Shown piece by piece: positions 1 to 11,600 of a DNA stretch of 64,000 nucleotides (position 1 is the stretch's first letter; every line of letters begins with the position of its first letter). The notes under the pieces were generated by a model. That model was not told the origin of the DNA. It did not search any database and saw only the letters and a list, made by a program, of their open reading frames with translations. The translations under genes were made by a program, and so were the position numbers. This DNA comes from Takakia lepidozioides (lineage: Eukaryota > Plantae > Bryophyta): positions 48,856,001-48,920,000 of the forward strand of contig CM060731.1 of assembly GCA_030704615.1 (NCBI GenBank), written 5' to 3'.

Positions 1-149
1 TTCTCCTGATCACCTCCTTCATAGTTTTTCATTCCAATCTTTTTCTGCTGTCTCTCTGGCTTCCAGAGGAGCTCCCCGAAAGAAAAGATCAGGATCAGGA
101 TCTGGAGTAAGCTCTAGAGGAAGAGGTTCTTGGGTACCTCGCTCTTCCA

Positions 150-1020
150 CCTCTACCCCGTCCTCTTCAATTTCAGGCAAAGGGCCCGAAGCTCTTGGCC
201 CAAAGCCTTGCCAAGACTTAGCTCCGTGGATTGATTCTGTCGCTCCCGATGCTGACTCCCAGGAGGTGATTGGTCTGGACCTTGAATGTTTAAGAACTCA
301 TTCTTCCAAGATGATGCAACACGGGATTTTGGTGCATTTCCCAGGTAGACCCAGAGACAAGGACTGGGCGAGAAAGTGGGTGACCGAGCATTTGGGGGCA
401 CAAGGAGGATTGTCACACCACTTTTGCCACCCAATGGGTAGAGGATTTTACTCGCTTAAATTCGGCTCCAAGGAAGAGGTTGATCGCGCGCTCGCTTTCA
501 ACACTTGCAAATCAAGGTTCAAGGTCAATATTTTCCCTTGGACGCCGGAGTGGGGCCACAAAGATGGAGAGACTCGAAACCGCGAATAATCGCCCTTCCG
601 TTCCTTCCAGATAATTATTTGGCCTCCCTCCCAAAGATTGGTGCGCACTTCGGCTCTTATATCGGAAGCCTGAACGTCTTCGACCCAATAGATGATGTCG
701 TGCTGAGCTGATCAGGACCCCTCCATTTTCGACTCCAGCAAGGACTCGGGAATTCCCAAAATAGTGGTGTTGATGCCAGATTCCGCCAACATTGGAAGCG
801 CAATTAGCTGCCTACGCTTGATGAATCCTTCATTTCGGTCCAAATCAAAGAGGAGGTCTTAAGCATAATCTGCTATGGATGCAATGGAGAAGGGCATGTG
901 GTTGCAGACTGCCCCCGAAAAAGGTGGAGCCCCAAGCTCAAGAGACAATACCAGCCACCTATGCGAGGTGCCAAAGGGAAAATCGCAAAGTGCTCCAAAA
1001 GCAATTCAGTCCCCATCGCG
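150..1020 (+). mobile_element. Decayed L1-clade LINE ORF1 remnant (DUF4283-like region plus CCHC zinc knuckle)
   Basis: ORF 266-589 has MGRGFYSLKF..EEVDRAL..IFPWTP, typical of plant L1 ORF1. About 868-915 translates to ICYGCNGEGHVVADCP (CX2CX4HX4C). Frameshifts and stops throughout. Confidence 0.7.
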
Positions 1021-1044
1021 CTCAAGAGATGCCAGTGCAGTCAG

Positions 1045-1253
1045 GTGGTAGCTGAAATAGAGACACTGCATCAGGGTGTGTCCCTTCAGGCTCTACAGCT
1101 GGATTTGTGCTCCATTGTGTCCACTCTGACATTTGCAAAGACCATTCAAGAGCTGTTTGAAGGAGAGAATCCACTAGGTAACCTACAGCTACTGGTCAAC
1201 AATGCGGGGATTTTGGCTGCATCCCAGCGCTGGACCTCCGATGGATTTGATTG
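1045..1253 (+). pseudogene. Isolated exon of a short-chain dehydrogenase/reductase (retinol dehydrogenase-like SDR)
   Basis: Translates ..LQALQLDLCSIVS..LQLLVNNAGILAASQRWTSDGFD (SDR LDL and NNAG motifs). Bounded by CAG at 1042-1044 and GT at 1254-1255. No flanking SDR exons seen in the window. Confidence 0.7.
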
Positions 1254-1987
1254 GTGTGCATGCATCCTTCCCCCCCAACTAGGAGCTCAGCATCCAGATT
1301 TTCTGCTGATCAGCTCATGAACTGTAAGTTTCATCAAGGATGAACTCAGTCAGAAAAGTTTCCAACTAATGCCTTGCAATGACAATTGCAGCATAGGAAC
1401 CTGGTGAAGAATTTTCATATTCGTCGGGTATCAATAGAAGCATACTACACAGACAACAAGGCGGTGGAGTTCTCTCTCAAACTGGTGGGCAATATGTTCG
1501 CAGAGGAAAATTTCCAGTTCCATCTCAGCAACAACACCACGGTGCATTTTGGGGCTTTCTGGGAAAACACTGCGGAATTTCACTCTGCCTCCACGGTGCA
1601 CACTATGCTTGCCTTCCACTATGAAGACGTTGTAGCTGACAAGCCGAAGTTCAAGCCCTATTCCTGGGCTACGCTGCAATCTCTGGAGGAGGGTTCTGGG
1701 GGCTATCTGCCAAACAGCAAAGAGGCTCCAGCGGGTAATTTTCCATCCTCTGGCGGATTCGCCAGAAGCATCAAAGTGTTGCGGGCAGGTTTCATTCTCG
1801 TCAACAAAATCCTCGGTCTGGCAGCACCTTCGCCTCTCTCACCTACTACCTGCAAGGCTGAAGAGGTGGGCTTCTAACCATATGCCAGCACTTCGAAATC
1901 GACGCGTAAGGGATCACCATCAGCTCCTTCGCCCTCAACTTTTGTAGCTCTACCTTCTCTGGTAAGACTAGCTTGCTACCCCCCCCC

Positions 1988-2558
1988 TGTCAAGGACGAG
2001 AACATGACTGAACACAAACAAGAGATCAGACTAGAGGTACACAACTAGACAAGAAATCAAGGTCGGCGTGGCCGAATGCATGATGAGTAAATAGGAATCA
2101 AGACGATTTTTATAACAATGAACAAAAGTACAAGATATTGGAACACAACTAGAATACTGGAATGCTGGAAACTGGACTGGAGTACCATATATTGGAAACT
2201 GGGCTAGAGTACTGGGAACTGGACTGGGGTACTGGAAACTAGAAACAAGAGTAGCTTGAACTGGTGTTAGCGAGACTGAAGAATGTCCAGTCTCGCCTCC
2301 TATATATAATGGCTACTAAGAAGCTTTCCTAAGAAGCTTCCCCTACGGAGGTTTTTTGCTGGAGAAGTTTCCTCCAAATGAAGCTTCCTGAGCAGTTTCC
2401 CAAGTTACTCTTGGTAATTTGGTAAACTCTCGGTAATTTGGTAAGTAATAGTAAATCATGGTAGATCATGATAAATCATGGTAATTTTTGGTAACATGAT
2501 AACTTTGTAACTTCTGGTATTTACTCCTGGTAAGTTTATCTGGGCTATGTCCGTGACA
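1988..2558 (-). repeat. 3' LTR of the Tcn1-like element (571 bp)
   Basis: Ends TGTCA...TGACA. Its first 220 bp or so match 6970-7191. TATATATA at 2301-2308. Polypurine tract GAGGAGGGGTGA (minus sense) adjacent at 2559-2570. Confidence 0.85.
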
Positions 2559-3179
2559 TCACCCCTCCTCTAGCGCCGAGTTCCTCGAGGAGCGGTAAAA
2601 TCATGGACTTGCTTAGAGTTGGAGAAAATCCAAAATCCGGCGAATGGTACTTGCCAAGTATTCGGCTGTTCGTTCTTTACTCAAATGATTTATAGGTCCC
2701 TTCAACCATCGATAGTGTCCAACACCTTGAACTTAGGACCACGCAGTGATTTGAGCATTCTGATTTTCGAAGCTACCTTCAAACATGATTTCGTTGTCCT
2801 CTGGGTTCGAAGCCTCAACCTCCAACGGAATTAAAAGACTTTGAGTAGGCTCTACTTGTCATCGTACGGGGTCCAGACAAGGAAGTACGCGTCGCATTTG
2901 TGGCTCATCGTCTCGAGAGCGTCGGCGTGATGTTGAAGGTCATGAGAGTCGGAACGGCTGATCTGGTTACTGAGTAAGCGACAACTCCAATGTATCTGGT
3001 TCCTGTGACTCCATACTGCCAATACAAGATGCAAGAGTGTTGGAAGTGCTGGAAGTGTAGCTATATATATTGATGTGTGGTGCTCCTCCCTCCTTAGTGT
3101 GTATCAGGTACATTGAATGTGGAGTTTTTACCTTGAAGCTAACTTGGCTGACATCATCGTTGTGACGTCTTATTGACAT

Positions 3180-3365
3180 GTAGCTTGGGGCTTAGCTGGA
3201 TATCGTTGATGAAACTCTTGGACTTTGTCAGATGCATTGGCGAGGCTGACTGAAGGTTCCCACGTTCATTCACTGATGTCGTAGTCTTTCCAATGTACGA
3301 AATACTCAAGACGTTTATACTTGATGCGAGAGTCTAAGACTTCGTTGACTTCATACTCAATTTCC
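3180..3365 (-). pseudogene. Integrase C-terminal chromodomain (one in-frame stop)
   Basis: Reverse translation EYEVNEVLDSRIKYKRLEYFVHWKDYDISE*TWEPSVSLANASD. Confidence 0.85.
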
Positions 3366-6300
3366 TGATTGACTTCGATTGGTGGAGGTGGTACGGAAGC
3401 TCTCCCGGGAATATTCGATGGATGATACCACTATAATAATGAAACATGAAAGACTGGATGGATGCGCATACTTCATGGGAGTTCAAGCCGAAAACTGACC
3501 GGATTTACTTGTCGAATAATTTTGAATGGTCCCAGACTTTGATAATCCAATTTTCTTGATGGTTGCGAGGTTTGTATGTCTCGTCGAAGAAGCCACACAC
3601 GATCTCCGACCTTGAACTGGGGTTGGAGTTGGTGATGTTGATCTGCATACTCCTTGTATTGTTTTTGAGCTTCTGCGAGGTGGAATGTAAGCTCCTTGTG
3701 AATCGTAGCAAGATGAGTAGCAAGATTTTCTGCAGCAGGGCTTCCAACAGTCTTCATGTAGAAAGGGTTTGCTCGAGGATGATGACCATAATTGGAGAAA
3801 AATGGAGTTTGTTTGGTCGAAGAATGTATAGTGTTATTGTAGGCAAACTCAGCCAATGACAGAAGGTTTGCCCAATTATCTTGGTGATATTTTATCGTAC
3901 AACGAAGATACTGCTCCAAAATTTGGTTTACACGTTCGGTTTGACCATCAGTCTGTGGATGATTAACTGTAGAGAGGTTGATCTTAGAAAGATTATATGG
4001 TTTTCCTTGAAGATGTCTGGGACGGTAGGTAATAACAAAATCAAACCTTGCTAGTGACATACTCCATCTCGCTTAACGTCGATTCAAAACACGAGCACTC
4101 ATAAAATCCTCGAGGATCGGTATAGACTGTAACCTGATGTTTAGCTCCATCCAATAGATAATGCCACTCCTCAAAAACATCAATAATCGCTAGAAGTTCT
4201 TTGTCATGGATTTCATAATTGATCTACGCAGCAGAAAATTTGCGAGATCGAAAACCAACAGGGTGAAGTCGACCATCTATACCATATTAAGAAAGTACCG
4301 CGCCAAGTGCCAAATCCGATGCATCTGCTTCCAAAAAGAATGGTTTACATGGATCTGCATGTACTAGTATTGGAGCCGTTGTAAATGCCTACTTTAGCCT
4401 TTCAAATGTTTGGTCAATCTTCTCGTCTCATACAAATTTGTCATTCTTTATGAGTTGTGTCAATGGTAAAACAATTTTGGAGTAGTCCTTGATGAAGATT
4501 CTATAGAAATTTGCAAATCCTAGAAAACATTGTATATCTCGGACCGAAGTTGGTTTAATCCACTCGATGATGGTTTGTATTTTCTTCTGATCCATGAAGA
4601 CTCATTTGTCGGAAATAATGTAGCCCAAAAATTCGACTTCAGATTGGTGGAAAAGACATTTTACCAACTAGGCATATAATCTTTTTTCCCTCAATTTATC
4701 AAGGACAAGGCGTACATGGCGACCATGTTTTTCTTCATTCTGTGAAAATATTAAAATGTCGTCCAAATAAATGATTAAGTCATCTAAAAATTCTCGAAAG
4801 ATGTCATTCATCATGTGTTGAAAAATTGCTGGAGCATTTGTAAGACCGAAAGGCATAACACTGTATTCGAAATATCCATACTTTGTGCGAAAAGCAATCT
4901 TCCATTCGTATTTTTTTTTTATTCGTACAAGGTTGTAAGCTCCTCTCAAGTCGATCTTTGTGAAAAAAATTGCTCGTCCAAATTGGTCGAGGAGTCCGAA
5001 AATCAGCGGTAGTGGGTAACGATTTTTTATAATGACTTTGTTGAGCCCACGATAGTCCACACACATGCGTAACGATCCGTCTTTCTTCTTCATAAATAAG
5101 ATAGGTACTCCCGCAGGTGATTTCGAATGTCGAATGAAATTCTTTGACAAATTTTCATCAATGTATTCGCGTAAAACAGCCAGCTCAATCTGAGATAAAT
5201 TGTAGATCGGATCGAATGGTGATTGAACTTCTTCTTGCAACTCAATTGCACAATCATAAGGTCGATGTTCTGGCAACATGTCTGCATTTTTCTTCTCGAA
5301 GACATCATTGAAATCTTGATATTGAATGGGTAATGTCGAAGTACCTTGGTCTGTGTGGTTTTGATCGGAGTCGCATAAAGTGCAAATGTCGCGTCTTTCT
5401 TCGTAGCTCTCATGAAGGCTCTAGCTCCAAGAAACAGGGGTTGAATACATTTTGTACTTTTGCATTTTTGTCTTGCCGAAATTTTTCGCGATCGCTAGTC
5501 GATGTCAGGATTATGAAGTACAAACCAGGGAAGTCCAAGGATCATAGGATTTGTTGGAGACTGGATGACATTGAAAACACTCTGTGATACTTGATTTTTA
5601 AGCTTCACTTCCAGGGGTTGAGTTTCATGGTCAATATTTCCTGATGCTAACGGTCGTCCATCGATGACTTCAACAGGGGCCGAGAATTTCTTTCTTACGA
5701 GTGTTAAATTGTGTTGCTTCGCAAAGTCTTTGTCAATAAAACACGCTGAAACGCCCGAGTCCAAAAGTGCTTCTACGGAGATATCTCGATTTTGCATCCT
5801 GATCTTTACTGGAACTGTGAAACAAGATACAGGGTCTGGAGGTAGAAAAAGATTTTTTTTTGTGAAGAATTTGGGATGTCCAGCCGCATGGTCCCTACTG
5901 TGACTGGACATTTTTGTTTTCCGACCTCCTTGTATCGAACACTTAAGGTGTGCCCCGAGCTTTAAATCTTCTCTTGTTGGGGCAGTTTAATGTTATATGA
6001 TCATCTTCTCCGCAATAAAGGAATAATTCGAACGCCGTATTTGTTTTTCTTGTGGTGTCAATGGTTTGAATCGGACAGCATCAATCTGCATATGATCATT
6101 ACCGGATGTCTGATGGATCATTGTGTTTGGTGCCGTAGTATCAGCGACATGGTGCGTCATCGACTATCCAGATCGCTTCTCTTGCCGTCTTTCAAACAAA
6201 CTATTATCGCATGCAATGACTTGGGTGATGAATTCGCTCAGTGTATCCACGTTTGACATTGTCAGCAACAAATCTTTTACATCATCTTTTAGCCCACATC

Positions 6301-6952
6301 GAAACTGATTAATGAGGCTCTTCTCATTCCAATCGAGGTCGCACGCAAGTTGTCGAAATTCGGCAGCATAAACGGAAGCAAGACGTGCTTCTTGCCGAAA
6401 ATTTCGCATCTTTGTCTCTGTAACTCTCTCTTTATCATTCTCTCCAAACGTTGTTGTGAACTCGGACATGAATGCTTCAAAATTATATAGTAAATGCGAT
6501 TTTTTTTCTAATAGCAGTGTAAACCAAGATAGGGCAATGTTTGATAGAATGGTGCCCACAAATCCGACTTGAATACCTTCATCAGGGTAGCATTGTGGAT
6601 ATAGTCGTAGGAACAGTCGTACTTGTTGAACAAAACCGCGAAATCTTGATCTTGTCCCATCAAATTTCTCGGGCATGTTGATATTTGATTATCTCATAAT
6701 CTGTTGAAAAGGAACCGTTGCAATATGAGTTGTTGCAGTAGGGACTCGTATGGTTGAAGATCCATTGTTCGACTCCTTTAACTCTGAAATTTATTGTTGC
6801 AAATTGTGGAGAGCGTTGCCAAGATCTTGAGACTGATCAGCTTGCAATTGGGCGGTAGAGGTACGAAGTTCTTGTATCTAGAGCTGAAGACTCTGCAATA
6901 TGACGACCATTTCCGCAAATGTGTCTTCTATCTTAACTAACTAAGGAACAAA

Positions 6953-6964
6953 CTTCAGTCTCGC
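6953..6964 (-). promoter_or_regulatory. Non-tRNA (self-priming type) primer binding site
   Basis: GCGAGACTGAAG (element sense), 5 nt inside the 5' LTR. It is perfectly complementary to CTTCAGTCTCGC in the LTR (2270-2281), which lies about 27 nt downstream of the LTR TATA box. Confidence 0.75.
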
Positions 6965-6969
6965 CAAAC

Positions 6970-7191
6970 TGTCAAGGACGAGAACATGACTGAACATAAA
7001 CAAGAGATCAGACTAGAGGTACAAGACTAGACAAGAAATCAAGGTTGGCGTGGCCGAATGCATGATGAGTAAATAGGAATCAAGACGATCTTTATAACAA
7101 TGAACAAGAGTACAAGATATTGGAACACGACTTGAATACTGGAATGCTGGAAACTGAACTGGAGTACTAGATACTGGAATTGGGCTAGAGT
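6970..7191 (-). repeat. Truncated 5' LTR of the Tcn1-like element
   Basis: Matches 1988 to about 2210, then breaks abruptly into LINE endonuclease sequence. Confidence 0.85.
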
Positions 7192-7194
7192 CCT

Positions 7195-7878
7195 CAATTA
7201 TTTTCTTGCAGGAGCACTGCAAGTTAAATGATTCCAAAATTGCTCCATCGGAAAATTATTTTGGCCTGCTAACCTGGCTTGGTGGAACAGAACAGTGGCA
7301 GACTCCAGAGGGGGTACGGCAGTCCTGATTACACCCGCCCTAGCCAGTCAAATATCAAGTGTATGCACTTGGATGCCTGGCAGGGCCCAGTTCGGTCTTC
7401 TCTCTTTGCCTTCCTCAGATTGCAAAAATCAGATTTATAAATGTTTATGCTCCAAATTCAGTTGCTGAAAGGATTATGTTCTGGCAGATTTTGCATTCTA
7501 GAATTCTCCAACATCCGGATATTGACCAGTGGATCATGGCAGGGGACTTCAACATGACTGATAGAGCTCATGATAGGCTGGATCCTGCCTCCCATTCCAT
7601 TACGCCGGATGAGCTGAAAGCTTAGGAGACCTTGTGTCTGTCTGCCGGAACTGTACTTTTTGTATTATTCCGTGGGCAAAGCCGTCCCCGCTAGGGCCTG
7701 TGCTTCCTGACTATGATCATGCGGAAATTAGATCACACTTTGTTGTGCCAAGATCTAGATCTAAGGGAAGGGGGTATTTTAAGTTAAACCCAACCCACCT
7801 TAAATCAAAGGCAATGGTCAATGCCGTGTCTCAAGAGTGGTACTCGTCTGGTAATAATTTTGAGTCACCCACTCTCAG
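7195..7878 (+). mobile_element. LINE ORF2 segment 1: APE endonuclease
   Basis: INVYAPNS and WIMAGDFNM motifs (7359-7625), then GYFKLN. Interrupted at 7879 by an LTR element. Confidence 0.85.
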
Positions 7879-8601
7879 TGTCGCGGCCCTTTGCCTTGAG
7901 GGCAGGGGGTCGGGACACATGAGGGGCTGCCCCTGTGGTGGGGGCAGCGGCAGCGATAGGTATGGGGGGCTGAAGCACCCTTGAGTGCCCAAGGCACTCA
8001 AGGAGGCGGAGGCGCTCACTAGGTGGAGCCCCGCACACCGGGTTGCGGTGGAGGTGGCTCCACAAGGGTGGTGGTAGCTTAGTGGGACTTAGTGGGGGTG
8101 GCATAGGACTCACCATGGGGTGGAGACCTCGAGGTGGGAGTCGTGGGGAGTCTTGGGACTCATCACGGTCCATTGGGGCCGCGGTGAGTGGGCCAAGACT
8201 CACCGCGACTCACCACCGGGAGTCGAGGGTTTTCGTGGTGGTTCGCCATAAAATGGCATGGCTGGTTATGAAACCCCGCGGACAGCTACAGAAGTATATA
8301 TAGGGAGTAGTAACCCCGAGAACGGTGCAAGCCCGTTGGTGACCAAAAACTAGTGAGTAAGCGAGCGAGCCGGAAAGCGACCAAAGAGTGGGGAGCTGTT
8401 CCGGACTGCCATCTACCAAAGGGAATTCTCCTAGTCCCAAATAGGTGGAAGGGTTTAGAGGGAAGCGGAAGGGGACCGTTATGTCCCGGTGAGCAGCCGA
8501 AACTCCAAGTTGGCCCGGCGGCCAGGTTGGGAGTCAGGCGCGCGCATCAAAGCGAGTAACTATGACTTGAAGGGGAGTTTACCGAACTGAGGTGTGCGTC
8601 A
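7879..8601 (+). repeat. 5' LTR (723 bp)
   Basis: TGTCGC...GCGTCA; TATATATA at about 8295; near-identical to the 3' LTR. Confidence 0.97.
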
Positions 8602-8603
8602 CT

Positions 8604-8615
8604 TGGTATCAGAGC
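8604..8615 (+). promoter_or_regulatory. Primer binding site for initiator tRNA-Met
   Basis: TGGTATCAGAGC, 2 nt after the 5' LTR. Confidence 0.95.
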
Positions 8616-8656
8616 TTAGAGTTCAGTACGCGATCGTCCTTGGGATTGGCCTCATC

Positions 8657-11600
8657 ATGGGGTCGGGCAAGCCGAAGCGAAAGCGGAACGGCCCAAAAGA
8701 TGATGATCCCGGTGAGCCCGATGGGGGCGACGTGTCACCGAGGCGGCCGTTTGAGGAAGCGATTAATGTTTCCGAAAACGAGGCCGCTCAGGAGCGGGAG
8801 GAATCCGAGGAGTCGGAGCCCGAGGAATCTTTGAGAGCTCCGACAAACCAAGAGATGCCTCCCATGCCGGCAGCCTTTTGGGAAGGGTTGTTGGCGCAGT
8901 TTGGCGGGACGTTGAAAGACGTGTTGAAGGCGGCTAATGCCACTTCCACCAAGGCAAAGTTTAAGGTGAAGCCTAAGGAACCCGGCACCTTCGAGGGCGT
9001 TCGAAACCGGAAGGCACTCAACACCTGGCTCCTGGAGCTAGAGCAGTACTTCCGGGCGGCCAAGTTGAGTGACGAGGATCGGGTGGAAGTGGCTCCCACC
9101 TATTTGAGGGGCTATGCTCAACAATGGTGGCAGAAACGCCTTCACGACCGAGGCCCAAGCCCGGAAACCTTGAACTGGAGTGAGTTCAAGGAATTGATGA
9201 AGAGACAGTTTGTGCCCCTCAACGCATCCTGGCTTGCCCGGGACAAGATGAGGAATTTGAAGCAAACAGATGACATTCGGGGGTATGTCCAGGCTTTCAA
9301 TGTGCTGTTGCTCGAAGTCGCGGACATGGCAGAACCAGAAATGGTCTTCAACTTTGTGGCGGGACTGGCCCCATGGGCTAGGCGGAAGTTGGAGGAGAAG
9401 CCACCCAAGACTTTGAACGAGGCAATTGAGAGAGCTGAATGTTTCTCGGATGTCCCTAGGGGTGAGAGACAAGGCCGTACGGAGCTGAACCACAAGAAGA
9501 CCCGGCGGGAAGGTGACTCCTCCCGACCGGAAAAGAAGTGGGATAGGCCACGCGGCGAAAATGGCACGTGGAAATCGAAGGGAGGTCCTTCACACGTCAA
9601 GGCGGCACCCGGTGCTTCGAAAGGAAAAGCGGGTGGAGCGACTTATGGCGGACAGAAGGCGACCTTTGATGGAGTGTGTTTCAATTGCGGGGAGCCCGGG
9701 CACATGGCCAAGAAGTGCACGAAGCCCCGGCAATTGAACATGACTCGGGCGACCACGGAGCTGTCGGAAGATACCATCAGTCGCTTGGTGGAAGCGGTGG
9801 TCGCCAGGACTTGCAAGGTAGGCAAATTTTCTTGTGAGTTGTATCAGGAAACTGGCGCCTTACGAAAAGGGAGTCAGTTATTGTTCGTGGATGGGATAAT
9901 ATCCGGAACTAATGTGTCGTTGTTGGTGGACACAGGAGCGTCGCACTCCTTCATGACGCCGGCGGCGGCGCGAAAGTTGGGACTCCCGACAAGTGACGTG
10001 GGGGCCTCTATTGAGGTGCGCTCTGCCAAAGGAGAACCTCAGTTGGCGACAAGGTTGGCGTTTGATGTTCCTCTTCAACTGGGGAGTTGGGAGGGACGTG
10101 AGAACTTCACTATCTGCGAGATCGATGGAGTGGATCTCATTTTGGGAATGACCTTTTTGAGCAAATCCGGAGCGGTCATAGATGGCCGCAAGAGAGTAGT
10201 CACGCTGCCATGTGGGAATGGTGGCGAGGTTTTACGAGTGTCGGAAACGCCCAAATCCGTGGGAGGGCGAATAAACCTTCTATCAGCAAAGGAGTGGGCC
10301 GTGGAGGAGACACACGAGTCCCAGTTTTTGCTTTACATTAGAGAAGTGAAAGGAGAAGGCGATGGGGAGCCGAGCCCAGATTGGATCAAGGGGATTTTGG
10401 AGAAATACCAGGATGTGATGCCGGAGGATTTACCAAGCGGCTTGCCACCGCGAAGAGGAGTTGACCACAAAATTGAGGTGATACCGGGATCGGAACCGCC
10501 TGCCAAGGCGCCCTACCGGTTGAGCCACAAAGAGTTGGTCGAGCTGAAGACTCAGCTCAAAGATCTAATGTCAAAGGGGTACATCCGGCCGAGTAAGTCA
10601 CCTTACGGAGCCCCGGTGCTATTTGCAGACAAGAAGGATGGGACGCTGCGGATGTGTGTCGATTACAGGGCTCTGAATAAGGTGACTATCAAAAACCGGT
10701 ACCCTTTGCCAAGGATCGACGACCTCTTCGATCGGTTGGCAGGAGCGAAGTATTTCAGCCGGATCGACTTGCGCTCCGGCTATCACCAAATTCGGGTGGC
10801 GGAAGGAGATGAGGAGAAGACCGCGTGCAGGACAAGGTATGGTTCATATGAGTTCTTGGTGATGCCTTTTGGGCTCACCAATGCACCAGCGACATTTAGC
10901 ACGCTGATGAACAGCCTTTTCCAGGAGTGGTTGGATGACTTTGTGATCGTGTACATCGACGACATCTTGGTGTACTCGAAAACAAAGGAGGAGCACCTGG
11001 AGCACCTCAAAAGGGTGTTCCAAAAATTGCGAGAAGGGAAGCTGTATGCCAAAGCTTCAAAGTGCGAATTCGGGGTCACAAAAGTGGAGTTCTTGGGGCA
11101 CGTGATTACACAGGATGGGATCAAAATGGATGACAGAAAGGTGAGGGCGATCTTGGACTGGGAGCCTCCGACTTCGGTCCCGGGAGTGCGATCCTTCCTA
11201 GGACTCGCCTCCTATTACCGGAAGTATGTGAGAAATTTCGCCAAGATCGCGGGGCCGCTGTCGGACCTTCTGTGTAAATCCAAAGTCTGGGTATGGAACA
11301 CATTTTGTGGCCAAGCTTTTGCTGAATTGAAGCAGCGGATGACGGAAGCTCCAGTCTTAAAAATCCCGGAGTTCGATCGTCCGTTTGAGATTCATACAGA
11401 TGCATCGGACTTCGCAATTGGGGGTGTACTTATGCAAGATGGACGTCCAGTGGCTTACGAAAGTAAGAAACTGAATGAAGTGGAGCGACGGTGGCCGACG
11501 CACGAAAAAGAGATGAAGGCGGTGGTACATTGCCTTGAACTCTGGCGCCACTATGTTGGTTCCAACCCAGTGAAGGTGTTCACGGACAATGTCACGGTGA

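Larger units (their letters stand above)
1988..7191 (-). mobile_element. Decayed Ty3/gypsy chromovirus, Tcn1-like
   Basis: Minus-strand order gag (6164-6676), CCHC remnant (about 5985-6030), protease LLDSG (5495-5911), RT YLDD (4668-5279), RNase H, partial integrase, chromodomain. Related LTR copies start at 1988 and 6970. Confidence 0.9.

Noticed and set aside
8594-8656. ORF-track start of gag-pol at 8594
   Set aside because: It is a GTG inside the LTR/PBS; the first in-frame ATG is at 8657.
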